NCBI RefSeq assembly: GCF_006345805.1
Contig: NC_043006.1
Coordinates: forward strand, 60,202,001 to 60,266,000
DNA: 64,000 nucleotides
Direction of reading: 5' to 3'
From: Octopus sinensis
Lineage: Eukaryota
Positions within the stretch are counted from its first letter, which is position 1; the number at the start of each line of letters is the position of its first letter. The notes under the pieces are model-generated. The model ran no database searches, was not told the origin of the DNA, and saw nothing but the letters and a program-made list of their open reading frames with translations. Positions 25,934 through 38,736 of this stretch are shown here, in pieces. A program made the position numbers and the translations under genes.

Positions 25934-26168
25934 AAGGCGGCGAATTGGCAGAATCGTTAGCACGCCGGCGAAATGCGTAGCCGTATTTCGTCTGCTGTTA
26001 CGTCTTGAGTTCAAATTCCGCCGAGGTCGACTTTGCCTTTCATCCTTTCGAGGTCGATAAATTAAGTACCAGTTACGCACTGGGGTCGATGTAATCGACT
26101 TAATCTGTTTGTCTGTCCTTGTTTGTCCTGTCTGTGTTTAGCCCCTTGTGGGTAGTAAAGAAATAGGT
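25934..26168 (+). mobile_element. SINE family A, full length
   Basis: aaggcggcgaattggcagaatcgttag...gagttcaaattccgcc...aaagaaatagg. Also at 48955 and 62844. Confidence 0.8.
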
Positions 26169-26249
26169 AAGCATTCAAACAGTATACGCATATACACACA
26201 CGTATTCATATACACAAGTACGCACACATGCATATATATATATATATAT

Positions 26250-26280
<31 letters not shown>

Positions 26281-26826
26281 TATATATATATAGAGAGAGT
26301 GTGTGTATATATGTACGTATGTGTATACATATGAATATATGGATATGCAAGTTATTCATAAGAAATAAAGACACGGGTCGAAGAACCCGAATTCTATTAA
26401 AACCCCGGGGGAACAACATCACCACGACGACTATTATTATCACTGCTGCTGGTTACTCGACGGCTACAGCCACTCTTATAGAAAACAAGTCTTGACGACA
26501 CTTTTTAATTTACCAAAACAGATAGTAGCAATTTGCCGTCACAGACAGTTCAATTGTCATGCCACGAAAATTGACGGAAACTACCACGTGCTCTTGCAGA
26601 AAAAGGAAAGTAAACTATGAATGTTAACTTTAATTTTAACTTTATTTTATTAATAGCTCTTTCCTCTCTACATATTCCATTTTAGTACATATTTTTGAAA
26701 AGGTTGTTCAAAAATCGAAACATGTAAAACAAATCTAAAACATTCTTCTTTTAATGTATTTATATAAAGGAAAATTAAAATGTGCCCAACTTTTGAAAGT
26801 AGCATTTTAGTTCTTTTTTCATAAAT

Positions 26827-27230
26827 CTGTGTGGTAAGTATCTTGCTTACCAACCACATGGTTCCGGGTTCAGTCCCACTCGTGGCACCTTGGGCACGTG
26901 TCTTCTGCTATAGCCTCGGGCCGACCAAAGCCTTGTGAGTAGATTTGGTAGACGGAAACTGAAAGAAGCCCGTCGTATATATGTATATGTATATGTATGT
27001 GTGTGTATATGTTTGTGTCTGTGTTTGTCCTCCCAACATCGCTTCACAGCCGATGTTGGTGTGTTTACGTCCCCGTAACATAGCGGTTCGGCAAAAGAGA
27101 CCACTAGAATAAGTACTAGGATTCCAAAGAATAAATCCTGGGGTCAATTTGGTCGACTAAAGGCGGTACTCCAGCATAGCAGCAGTCAAATTACTGAAAC
27201 AAGTAAAAGTAAAAAGTAAAATAAGTAAAA
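26827..27230 (+). mobile_element. SINE family B
   Basis: ctgtgtggtaagtatcttgc...ggttcagtccc...tgaaacaagtaaaag. The copy in unit 3 begins at ~63746. Confidence 0.75.
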
Positions 27231-27461
27231 GGATATATATATATATATATGGCAATAATAATTCTCTAAATGAGATATAGACAGTGACTGCTCCGTAATA
27301 TAAGGGGTATTAGCCAACCGAATATGGCTAGGGACAGGGCAGAGTGGTGGGGGTGTCACTGTTGCATTTAGCCCCAGGCGAACATCAACGTCACCAGATA
27401 GGCCTGACGCCATCACGGCGTCCTCTCTCTTGCAAAGGGAGATCACTCACCAAGAAGCCGA

Positions 27462-27515
27462 TACCACACACGGACCTAGGTTTCAAGGTGTATTGCCTAT
27501 TATCAACGTGTGGTA
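27462..27515 (-). ncRNA. Type-I hammerhead ribozyme candidate with U3-A8 core
   Basis: Minus strand: UACCACACG-UUGAUAA-U-AGG caauaca CCU-U-GAAA-CCUAG-GUC/CGUGUGUGGUA. Stems I, II and III all form, stem III is palindromic (ACCUAGGU) and the cleavage triplet is GUC. Confidence 0.7.
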
Positions 27516-27806
27516 GGCATCGCTTCTCAATGAACGACCAACTTTGCAAGATATATATAAGGATTTTCAAGTAAATACATTTACTGATTTCGAAAATCTG
27601 TTCGACAGCAATAATAATTCTCTAAATGAGATATAGACAGTGACTGCTCCGTAATATAAGGGGTATTAGCCAACCGAATATGGCTAGGGACAGGGCAGGG
27701 TGGTGGGGGTGTCACTGTTGCATTTAGCCCGAAATCAGTAAATGTATTTACTTGAAAATCCTTATATATATCTTGCAAAGTTGGTCGTTCATCGAGAAGC
27801 GATGCC

Positions 27807-27860
27807 TACCACACGTTGATAATAGGCAATACACCTTGAAACCTATGTCCGTGTGTGGTA
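27807..27860 (+). ncRNA. Type-I hammerhead ribozyme candidate with U3-A8 core (inverted-arm copy)
   Basis: taccacacg TTGATAA t agg caataca cct t GAAA cctat GTC cgtgtgtggta. One G>T change breaks the stem III palindrome. Confidence 0.62.
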
Positions 27861-28473
27861 TCGGCTTCTTGGTGAGTGATCTCCCTTTGCAAGATAGAGG
27901 ACGCCGTGATGGCGTCAGGCCTATCTGGTGACGTTGATGTTCGCCTGGGGCTAAATGCAACAGTGACACCCCCACCACCCTGCCCTGTCCCTAGCCATAT
28001 TCGGTTGGCTAATACCCCTTATATTACGGAGAAGTCACTGTCTATATCTCATTTAGAGAATTATTATTGCTGTCGAACAGATTTTCGAAATCAGTAAATG
28101 TATTTACTTGAAAATCCTTATATATATCTTGCAAAGTTGGTCGTTCATATATATATATAGAAATTCGGGTGAGTACTTGATAATTGTAAGCACCTGTATA
28201 TACCGTTTGGTGGTGTAGGTGGTGGAGTAAATTAATCATAATTAAAACATGATGCCAAGGATTCAGCGGTACATATGTTTCGGGCCTTTATTAGACGGAT
28301 TTATAACAATGTATAATGTATGTCTGTGGCCTTCTTATATATATATATATAGAAATATATATATATAGAAATTCGGGTGAGTACTTGATAATTGTAAGCA
28401 CCTGTATATACCGTTTGGTGGTGTAGGTGGTGGAGTAAATTAATCATAATTAAAACATGATGCCAAGGATTCA

Positions 28474-28551
28474 GCGGTACATATGTTTCGGGCCTTTATT
28501 AGACGGATTTATAACAATGTATAATGTATGTCTGTGGCCTTCTTCAGCCGC
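28474..28551 (-). ncRNA. Type-I hammerhead ribozyme in Penelope pseudo-LTR (sense to ORF)
   Basis: GCGG-CUGAAGA-A-GGCC...GGCC-C-GAAA-CAUAU-GUA/CCGC, with palindromic stem III ACAUAUGU. Confidence 0.75.
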
Positions 28552-30256
28552 GCACAACAACTTCCACAAGGACATGTATTACATCAAAAATTCTTGGTTG
28601 GTGATGCAAATCCTCTCATTCGCGTACGACATAATGCGGCAACAGCATAAAAATGAAGCGTCCATCTCGTTCTTCTCTCAATGTAGAATGAAGAAATTTG
28701 GATGTTGAAGTAATGTAAATAAATTAATAAACAAATATATACATATATAAATATATAAATGCAGACAGACGTGAAGGAACCTGGTAATAAGAGTAAATAG
28801 AGATAAAGATGGAGGGGCGAGAATTCAGGACGAAGGATAAAAAATATATAAAAAGTGTAAGTATAGAAAAATATAAAAATGTAGAGTATAAAGATATAAA
28901 GAGATATAAAAAAATATAAATGAATATAAAGTTATAAAAATAAAGTTATAAAAATAAAAATAGAAATAAAAATAATAAAAAATGTAAAAGAATATAAGGA
29001 TAAGGGATATATAGTAGTTACGGACCAAACATGGTGGTCAGGGAAATGACAAATTCTGGTTGTAGAAGTCTTGGGTGTCATAAATCAACAGGGGCGTCTG
29101 GGGACTTAGTGTATTGTAAATCAGAGTTGTTGAGCAGCTTATCTAGTTCCTCTAGTTCTTCGTAACGTATTAAGTGGTCATCTTGTACATACGTACCCAC
29201 ATGGATACATACACCCATATACACGCGCACATATATGCACGCATACCCAGCCACAAGCATATAAGCATACATACGTACTCACGTGTAAACATATACAGAT
29301 ACACATATACACATACACACATGCGCATATATATATATATACACACACATGCGCATATATATATATATACACACACAACAGAATATGCATATATATACAC
29401 GGACAATATACATGTACATATACATACACACACACACACACATACTTATATACATACATATATATATACACATACACATATGCATACATATATATGCACA
29501 TGTATACATATACATACATACACATATACATACACACACGTATATATATATACTCACACCCATACCCACACACGCACATATATATGTGTGCATACATGCA
29601 CACCCACGTGTGCATACATACACGCATACATACATACACACGGACCCACGCGCACGTATCCACACGCACACACACACACATCTGTGTGTCTATACGCGCG
29701 TGTGCGCATACCCTTACATACACATACACAGATGCCCACACATACAGGTATAGAAATAAGATATTAAAAGATGTATAAAAATTAGAAATGAAGTATAAAA
29801 ATTATAAAAACTATAAAAATTAAAATAAAGAATGAAAATAAAAATAAGAATAAAGGTAAAGCAAAATAAAATAGGATAAAATAAAATAAAAATATAATCG
29901 GGTAAAGCTTAACATGAGATGAAGGTAAAAATAAAAGGTGGTTGAAAGTGTAAAGTTAAAGGTGTGTGCTAAAGGTGACCACGTAGGGGCGGGCAGGGGG
30001 AACTGAAAATTGGAAGGGTGGGAAGCGGGGTTTGGTGGTGCGTGCTCAACATCAGAGTTAGAAATGGGAAAAGGTATAGATATAGGGAAACAAAAAATCT
30101 AGATAGGAAGAATGTAGGTGTAGGAGAAGAAAAAACATATATGGGAGACAAAATGTGTATATATAGGAAAATATATATATAGGAAAACGGGATGCGCTGG
30201 AGCCGACAGGTTGCACCGGGTGGGGGCAAATTGCATGGGGGAGCTGGTATAATAGC

Positions 30257-30576
30257 CTAAGCTTTGTAGTATTTGAAAGTATTAATAAGTTTGTGTATAC
30301 AGGATGGTTTGAACTCTGACCTTTTGTTAATAAGATTGTGTTTCTCCTTGAATTTCAAGATATTCAGGAGTTCTACACAACATAGTTGGCATCCTGCTCT
30401 ATTGTTTAAATAAGGTGCAGCTGATCCGGTGATGGACCACCTGATTTTGAAACCTATGCTATTGTCTTTTAATTCCCAAATTTTTTAGAAAGGGAGGTGC
30501 TGTTAGCTTTATGCCTATGCTTAAACGAGGACCGGTGGTTGTAGTATCTAGATTTCCAGGAGGTCGAGCAACCTAA
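30257..30576 (-). pseudogene. Penelope-type GIY-YIG endonuclease C-terminal fragment (one frameshift)
   Basis: LGCSTSWKSRYYNHRSSFKHRHKANSTSLSKK/IWELKDNSIGFKIRWSI...CQLC...NLINKRSEFKPSCIHK...*. The frameshift lies in the T run at ~30481. Confidence 0.8.
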
Positions 30577-30621
30577 ACCAAGAATTTTGATGTAATACAT
30601 GTCCTTGTGGAAGTTGTGTGC

Positions 30622-30699
30622 GCGGCTGAAGAAGGCCACAGACATACATTATGCATTGTTATAAATCCGTCTAATAAAGGCCCGAAACATATGTACCGC
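30622..30699 (+). ncRNA. Type-I hammerhead ribozyme in the inverted Penelope pseudo-LTR
   Basis: gcgg CTGAAGA (30626-32) aggcc...ggccc GAAA (30684-87) catat GTA (30693-95) ccgc. Confidence 0.75.
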
Positions 30700-30732
30700 T
30701 GAATCCTTGGCATCATGTTTTTATTTTGATTA

Positions 30733-30791
<59 letters not shown>

Positions 30792-30959
30792 TAAGGACAA
30801 AAGAAAAAATTTCTAATGCCAAAATATGCCGAAAATAGACAACGTCGATAACCATATAATTATCACTAACAAGCACGTTATTGCGAAGAAAGCTAATAGA
30901 AATTTCTAAAAAATCCTGTTATTACCATGTATATACCACATATATATATATATATACTC

Positions 30960-31190
30960 TTTACTCTTTACTCTTTTACTTGTTTCAGTCATTTTGACTG
31001 CGGCATGCTGGAGCACCGCCTTTAGTCGAACAAATCGACCCCGGGACATATTCTTTGTAAGCCCAGTACTTCTTCTATCGGTCCTCTTTTGCCGAACCGC
31101 TAAGAGACGGGGACGTAAACCACACCAGCATCAGTTGTCAAGCAATGCTAGGGGGACAAACACAGACACACAAACACACACACATATATC
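30960..31190 (-). mobile_element. SINE family B 3' half at the unit 1/unit 2 junction
   Basis: ttttactcttttacttgtttcagtcatt...gggggacaaacacagacac ends exactly where homology to 7490 begins. Confidence 0.7.
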
Positions 31191-31427
31191 TAGTATTGCT
31201 GTCTATAAACACATTGATTAAAACGTGATGATAAGAAGAGAACTTATTTAACCACCACCTTGTGAAACACCTCTGATACTATTGTTTGTTATCGTAAGAA
31301 GGCCCAACCTATTTATGAATAGTTTATTTTTAGGAAGAAAGAAACCATATTTTTGCTGTTTCTAAATACGGAATTTGTAAAGCCAATTAATTCCCACGTG
31401 TATGCAGTTGATCACGTTTATGCGGCC

Positions 31428-31462
31428 TATATAAAGCGTACGTTTGAGACGTTTGTCAAACT
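31428..31462 (+). promoter_or_regulatory. TATA box and Inr-like site, copy 2
   Basis: TATATAAAG at 31428-31436, with the same spacing as in copy 1. Confidence 0.55.
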
Positions 31463-31533
31463 CATCCTTGTTTCGGTAAACAACACCACCAGTCTACAAG
31501 AGGCAGAAAGAAAAGATAAACCAACTGGCCAAC

Positions 31534-31590
31534 ATGCTGCGACTATTGCTACTAGTAACAGTCGTATTTATTATGGGAACAGCTACAACA
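31534..31590 (+). CDS. Exon 1 (signal peptide), copy 2; 1-nt deletion relative to copy 1
   Basis: ATG at 31534 and GTAAGT at 31591. It is 57 nt instead of 58, so out of phase as assembled. Confidence 0.6.
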
Positions 31591-31770
31591 GTAAGTAAAT
31601 TACACCGCTATTCATAATTCATTTCTTTCTTATTTTAAAGTTATTTCGTTCAATTTATCAACAGTAGTGTTATTACAACTAACTTATCCATGCATGTTAT
31701 TTAAAATAATCGGTGCTACCTAAGACATTTTTCAGTTTTGGCTCTAATTTCTATAGAAAATCTAGAGATA

Positions 31771-31802
<32 letters not shown>

Positions 31803-33438
31803 ACAGACACACATATATATGCATGCATGTATGTATGTATATGTATCATATACATCTATACCTAACTCTCTATATTTATATAACCACAATGGGTAGAGCC
31901 CACACCGTCGCTCCAAATACGTGGCTTCACTACTACCGAGGATCTCCCCTGGTTTCTGACAAAGGTACATCTTTAGCATCTATAGGATCGCTTTTCAAAA
32001 TCTAGCCCTTCTGTTTAGGAACCAGAATACACTTTAGTATCCAGCAGGTGTTGTCATTCTACAAGGCTTACTTGAAACCCACAATAAGTACTACTGCCGC
32101 AAGTAAAACAGTGAACAACTTGCGTGATGACATATTGGACGCATCGAGACAAAGACCATTGATTAGAATTCAGTCACTAATGAGTACACTCCAATATCTG
32201 TGGACGGGTGCACTGTGTCTCTCTGTCTTTTCAATCGCTATTCTAATGGCCTCTGTTTCTGGGGACTGGTTTTGTCTCGTACTACCACCACCAGGCACAA
32301 TCGACCCACTCGTCTCTGCAACAATTTTGAAGAGCAGGAGTTAGTTGATACCATAGATCTCATTACTTGACTGGCGGGTATACTGGGCTTCATATATTTT
32401 ACCCCAGTTTAACTTTGATGGCAAGCACAACTCTGTCATTCAGTAATAATCGATCTCAGAGAGATGAACAACAAAGTTGATTTCGACGAGAGGCGAACTC
32501 AGCAATAAAACACAATTTTGGAACGGGATACAGCCTATTCCATACTTAAAACGTGAGGTCGACTGTTTCTACCGGTGATCTATCACTTTCGAAAAGCATA
32601 AATAACAACTTTAGGTAGAAAATGAAATTAGATGGAAAAATTATTCAAAAATTACGTTATCTTTTATCTACCGCCGTGCTTTTGGCGTATATCAGCAAAA
32701 TTCCACATTTTTTCCTTGCTCCACCTTTGGTGCCTCCACTCTGTCTTATTCTCTTTCATTTTAGTCATGTCGATGCTTCATTTTCATGCTATTGTCTCTC
32801 TCCACAACCCAACTCCTATTCTTCTGGTATAGTTTGTAAGCTCGTTCTTGTCACCTCCTTATCACCTTCCTCCTCAAGCTCCTTCTCATTCTCTTTTTTC
32901 TTTTTCTGCCTTCTCGTTCTTTTCTTTTTCACTTATTTACTACTGTGAACGCCTCTTCTGTTATACTACCTATTTATTTACTACCCACATGGGGCTAAAC
33001 ACAGAGAGAACAAACAAGGACAGACCAACGGATTAAGTCGATTTTACCGACCCCAGTGAATAACTGGTACTCCGACAGGATGAAAGGCAAAGTCGACCTT
33101 TGAACTCAGAATTTGAACTCAGAACGTAACGGCAGACGAAATAAGGTTTCACATTTCGCCCGGGGTGATAACGTTTCTGCCAGCTCGCCGCCTCTTCTGT
33201 TACTACCGTCTCCTTCACACATTCTAGCACCACTTCGTCTTCCTTCTCTTATTCTTCAGGCTATTCCATCCATTGCTCCTCCTCTTTTGGGAACCTTGCT
33301 TTCATGTGGTCTTTCTCCCAAATACATAGCATATAGGAAGCATACCCTCCACTACTATCAGCCTCAACATACTCTAGTAAAAATTATTTCCTCTGTAATT
33401 TGTTTTAAGTCATTTAATCTTGCTTGTACGGCCATCTC

Positions 33439-34660
<1,222 letters not shown>

Positions 34661-35149
34661 TATAAACATACATATGAATATGTATATACACATATGTATA
34701 TGCATATATATATAGGTATAGTGAACATTTTTGAGATATTTAAGGTTCAAAAATAGCAACGTCTTGAGGATATTCTTTTTCAAGTTGGAATAATGTTAAT
34801 GTTAATTACTTTATGTAACTTATTGTTTTTGATGATTCTAATTTCTTTGAGGAGGTCGGTACTCCATAGATGCGTAATTTTGTCAGTTGGTTTTCTGTTT
34901 ATTTTCCTGAGAGGAGATTTCAATGCTGGTTAAAAGGAATTGATCCTTCTTACCTGTTTTCTTTGTGTCTTGGTATGGTTCTATGGTGTTTGTAAGGTCA
35001 GTCGGACTAGCACGTGTACTTCGACGCTTCCTGACCACATATCACCTTTTGTTAAATCTGCCTCGATTACTCTCCCATACTGATACAGGATGTTTCGAAC
35101 CTATCGTTGTAAGTAACAAAGTTTCCCTTGTGTTGCATTTTCTATCATT

Positions 35150-35210
<61 letters not shown>

Positions 35211-35215
35211 ATGTG

Positions 35216-35247
<32 letters not shown>

Positions 35248-35256
35248 TACATGTAT

Positions 35257-35290
<34 letters not shown>

Positions 35291-35737
35291 AATATATATA
35301 TACACGTACATATTAGTGATAAACAGAAAGATAGATGGAGATGCAGACGAGTTATTGCAACTTTATACTCTACGCGCGTACTGAGTTCTTTATCTCCTAG
35401 AATTTAGCCAAACTATAACTATATATATATATATATATAGACACGTATGTATAGTTATGCGTTGTTTTATTAGCCTGTATGTGTGTGCGTCAACATAACA
35501 AAAAGTTCTCATCATCACGATATCTGAAAACTGTTTTCGGATACATACTGCAAAGTATCTGTATATTTCGGGCTGTACATTCCAACCATTTCTAAAGAAT
35601 AATGTCGCTCGATATTATTCTTTGAGAATTTATAGATATATCATAATCACATACTTACGCTAGAATATATAACATGTTCTTCTTTCAGGAACATTGTAGT
35701 TGTTGATTGAAATAATTATTGTTTCTCTTCTTTACAG

Positions 35738-38736
35738 ACGAATGTACATATAATGGAAAGAAGTATACAGGAGTATTTAAGATCGACTGCAACACGTGTG
35801 TATGTGACACAAATAACAAAGCAATTTGTTCAAATTTACGTTGTGGTTATGGGAAGGGGCCTTCATGTACATATCAAGGCAGACGTTACAGAGTAGGACA
35901 GACATTCCAGCAGTCTTGTAATACATGTAAATGCAACTATGATGGCCAGATAAAATGTGACAACAAAGACTGTCCTAAACGATGTACTTATAAAGAAAAG
36001 CAGTACCAAGAAGGTGAAGAATTCAATGACAACTGTTATAAATGTAAATGTCTTTCTTCTGGATATGTTCAGTGTACCAATAATGTGTGTCAGTGCCAAT
36101 ACAATGGTAAAGACTACAATATTGGAGAGAGTTTTAACGATGGCTGTAAGACTTGCACTTGTCAAACTAGAGAATAGTGCAGTGTAACAGTGATAGATGT
36201 GGATGTCCTTATAAAAAGTACAATATCAAATCGGCCAAACCTTCACTGATGATTGCAATACTTGCGAATGTTTGAACAATGGTCAGGTTAAATGTACTAG
36301 CAAAATTTGTAAGTGTTACTTCAGAGGAAGAGTATTAGTGTGGGCCAGAAATTTGAAGGGGATTGTAACATTTGCTATTGTAGAGACAACGGTCAGTTAG
36401 AATGTACAAAGAAAATTTGTCAATGTACTTATCAAGGACAGACATACCGAGTTGGACAACATTCAGTAATGATTGTAACCAATGTGAATGTTTAAGAAGC
36501 GGTATTGTGCAGTGCTCTAACAAACCATGTAAGTGTATATACAATGGAAACACCTACGAAATAGGGACTACATTTAAAAAGGACTGTAATACGTGCACAT
36601 GCAAAGCCGATGGGACAGTAGACTGCACAAAAATGTCATGTACCTGTACTTATAAATATAATGTTTATAATTTCGGAGCAGAGTTCAAGGATGATTGTAA
36701 TACTTGCAGATGTAAAAATAACGGACAAGTTGATTGTACAAACAGACCCTGCCACTGTACTTATAAAGGACAAACTTATGGAATTGGTAATAGATTTTCG
36801 GACGATTGCAATCAATGCGAATGTTTAGCAACTGGATATGTCCGATGTTCAAACTATCTTTGTCAATGTAAGTACAACAACAAGATATATAAAGTAGGAG
36901 AAACATTTAAACAGGGCTGTATACGTGCACATGCAAAGCCGATAGGACTGTAGACTGCACAACAAAGCCATGTACCTGTACTTATAAATATAATGTTATG
37001 ATTTCGGAGCAGAGTTCAAGGATGATTGTAATACTTGCAAATGTAAAAATAACGGACAAGTTGATTGTACAAACAAACCCTGCCGCTGTACTTATAATGG
37101 ACAAACTTATGAAATTGGTACTAAATTTTCGATGGGTTGCACTCAATGCGAATGTTTAGCTACTGGATCTGTCATATGTTTAGCCGATGTTTGTGAATGT
37201 AAGTACAACAACCAGATATATAAAGTAGGAGAAACATTTAAACAGGGCTGTAATACGTGCACATGCAAAGCCGATGGGACTGTAGACTGCACAACAAACC
37301 CATGTACCTGTACTTATAAATATAATGTTTATGATTTCGGAGCAGAGTTCAAGGATGATTGTAATACTTGCAAATGTAAAAATAACGGACAAGTTGATTG
37401 TACAAACAGACCCTGCCGCGCTGTACTTATAAAGGACAAACGTATGGAATTGGTAATAGATTTTCGGACGATTGCAATCAATGCGAATGTTTAGCAACTG
37501 GATATGTCCGATGTTCAACCTATCTTTGTCAATGTAAGTACAACAACCAGATATATAAAGTAGGTGAAACATTTAAACAGGGCTGTAATACGTGCACATG
37601 CAAAGCCGATAGGACTGTAGACTGCACAACAAACCCATGTACCTGTACTTATAAATATAATGTTTATGATTTCGGAGCAGAGTTCAAGGATGATTGTAAT
37701 ACTTGCAAATGTAAAAATAACGGACAAGTTGATTGTACAAACAGACCCTGCCGCTGTACTTATAAAGGACAAACTTATGGAATTGGTAATAGATTTTCGG
37801 ACGATTGCAATCAATGCGAATGTTTAGCAACTGGATATGTCGATGTTCAACCTATCTTTGTCATGTAAGTACAAAAACCAGATATATAAAGTAGGAGAAA
37901 CATTTAAACAGGGCTGTAATACGTGCACATGCAAAGCCGATAGGACTGTAGACTGCACAACAAACCCATGTACCTGTACTTATAAATATAATGTTTATGA
38001 TTTCGGAGCAGAGTTCAAGGATGATTGTAATACTTGCAAATGTAAAAATAACGGACAAGTTGATTGTACAAACAAACCCTGCCGCTGTACTCATAAAGGA
38101 CAAACTTATGGAATTGGTAATAGATTTTCGGATGGTTGCAATCAATGCGAATGTTTAGCAACTGGATATGCCCGATGTTCAACCAATGTAGGTCAGACAT
38201 TTAGAAAGGACTGTAATACGTGCACATGCAAAACCGATGGGACAGTAGACTGCACAATAAACCATGTACCTGTACTTATAAAAATAAGGTTTATAATTTC
38301 GGAAATCAATTCAAAGATGCTGCAATACTTGTACTTGTCAATATAATGGTGAGGTTAGCTGCACTGAATTACCTTGTCCCTGTAATTACAACGGTAAAAT
38401 TTATGAAATTAGTTCTGTATGGTATAATGATTGCAACAAATGTCAGTGCAACTCCGATGGGAAAGTCGATTGTGAGCAAAAACCATGCAGTAGTCCTGTA
38501 TACATAAAGGAAAAACTTATTCTGTCGGTGAAACATTTAAAGATGCCTGCAATACTTGTAGATGTGGACAGTTTGGTCAAATAAGCTGTACTAAAATGTA
38601 CTGCCCCCCGACAAAATGCCAGTATTATGGAAAATCTTACAAAGATGGAGAAATGTTCATGAGTCAAGATAAGTGCAATGTTTGTCGATGTTCTATTGGA
38701 AAGGTCAAGTGTACCAAGTATGACTGCTATCGTCTG
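35738..38736 (+). CDS. Exon 2, copy 2: ~27 six-Cys modules (4 ABC triplets); many frameshifts as assembled (errors or pseudogene)
   Basis: Same acceptor (35737) and donor (38737). A-module starts at 36867, 37198, 37533 and 37864. The first frameshift at ~36170 gives a premature TAG. Confidence 0.7.

Larger units (their letters stand above)
27252..28148. mobile_element. Retrozyme-like element: 356-bp monomer, 1.34 copies then 1.17 inverted copies, between (TA)n tracts
   Basis: gcaataataattctc at 27252 and 27608 (period 356). The inverted arm has gaaatcagtaaatg at 27731 and 28087 (period 356). About 5 substitutions separate the arms, and each arm carries one hammerhead fold. Confidence 0.75.
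28149..30737 (-). mobile_element. Penelope-like element relic: 5'-truncated GIY-YIG ORF, 3' pseudo-LTR with partial tandem copy, 5' inverted pseudo-LTR
   Basis: GIY-YIG peptide at 30257-30576 (-). 28436-28600 is repeated in inverted orientation at 30577-30737, and 28160-28336 is duplicated in tandem at 28367-28543. (TA)n lies on both sides, and the repeats contain hammerheads. Confidence 0.85.
7490..31190. repeat. Segmental tandem repeat, unit 1 (~23.7 kb; gene plus downstream TE landscape)
   Basis: Homology to unit 2 starts at tagtattgc (7490 vs 31191). Exon 1, the repeat exon, the last exon, Helitron, Tc1 end and LINE recur in the same order. It cannot be seen whether 27.3-31.2 kb is part of the repeated unit. 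Confidence 0.9.

Noticed and set aside
25934-26040. tRNA genes at SINE heads (also 16940-17010, 23554-23620)
   Set aside because: A and B boxes are present, but there is no complete cloverleaf and each continues into a SINE body.
27300-27420. HDV-like ribozyme suggested by GGCGAA / GGCTAA motifs in the monomer
   Set aside because: I could not build P1, P1.1, P2 and P3 with the required order and spacing.
27584-27595. CTGATTTCGAAA as a plus-strand hammerhead core
   Set aside because: It lacks G8/A9 and stem II, with no compensatory change. The convincing fold is on the opposite strand at 27462-27515.
29078-29170. Minus-strand peptide DDHLIRYEELEELDKLLNNSDLQY inside the Penelope relic
   Set aside because: Short, bounded by microsatellite and not assignable to any domain by eye.
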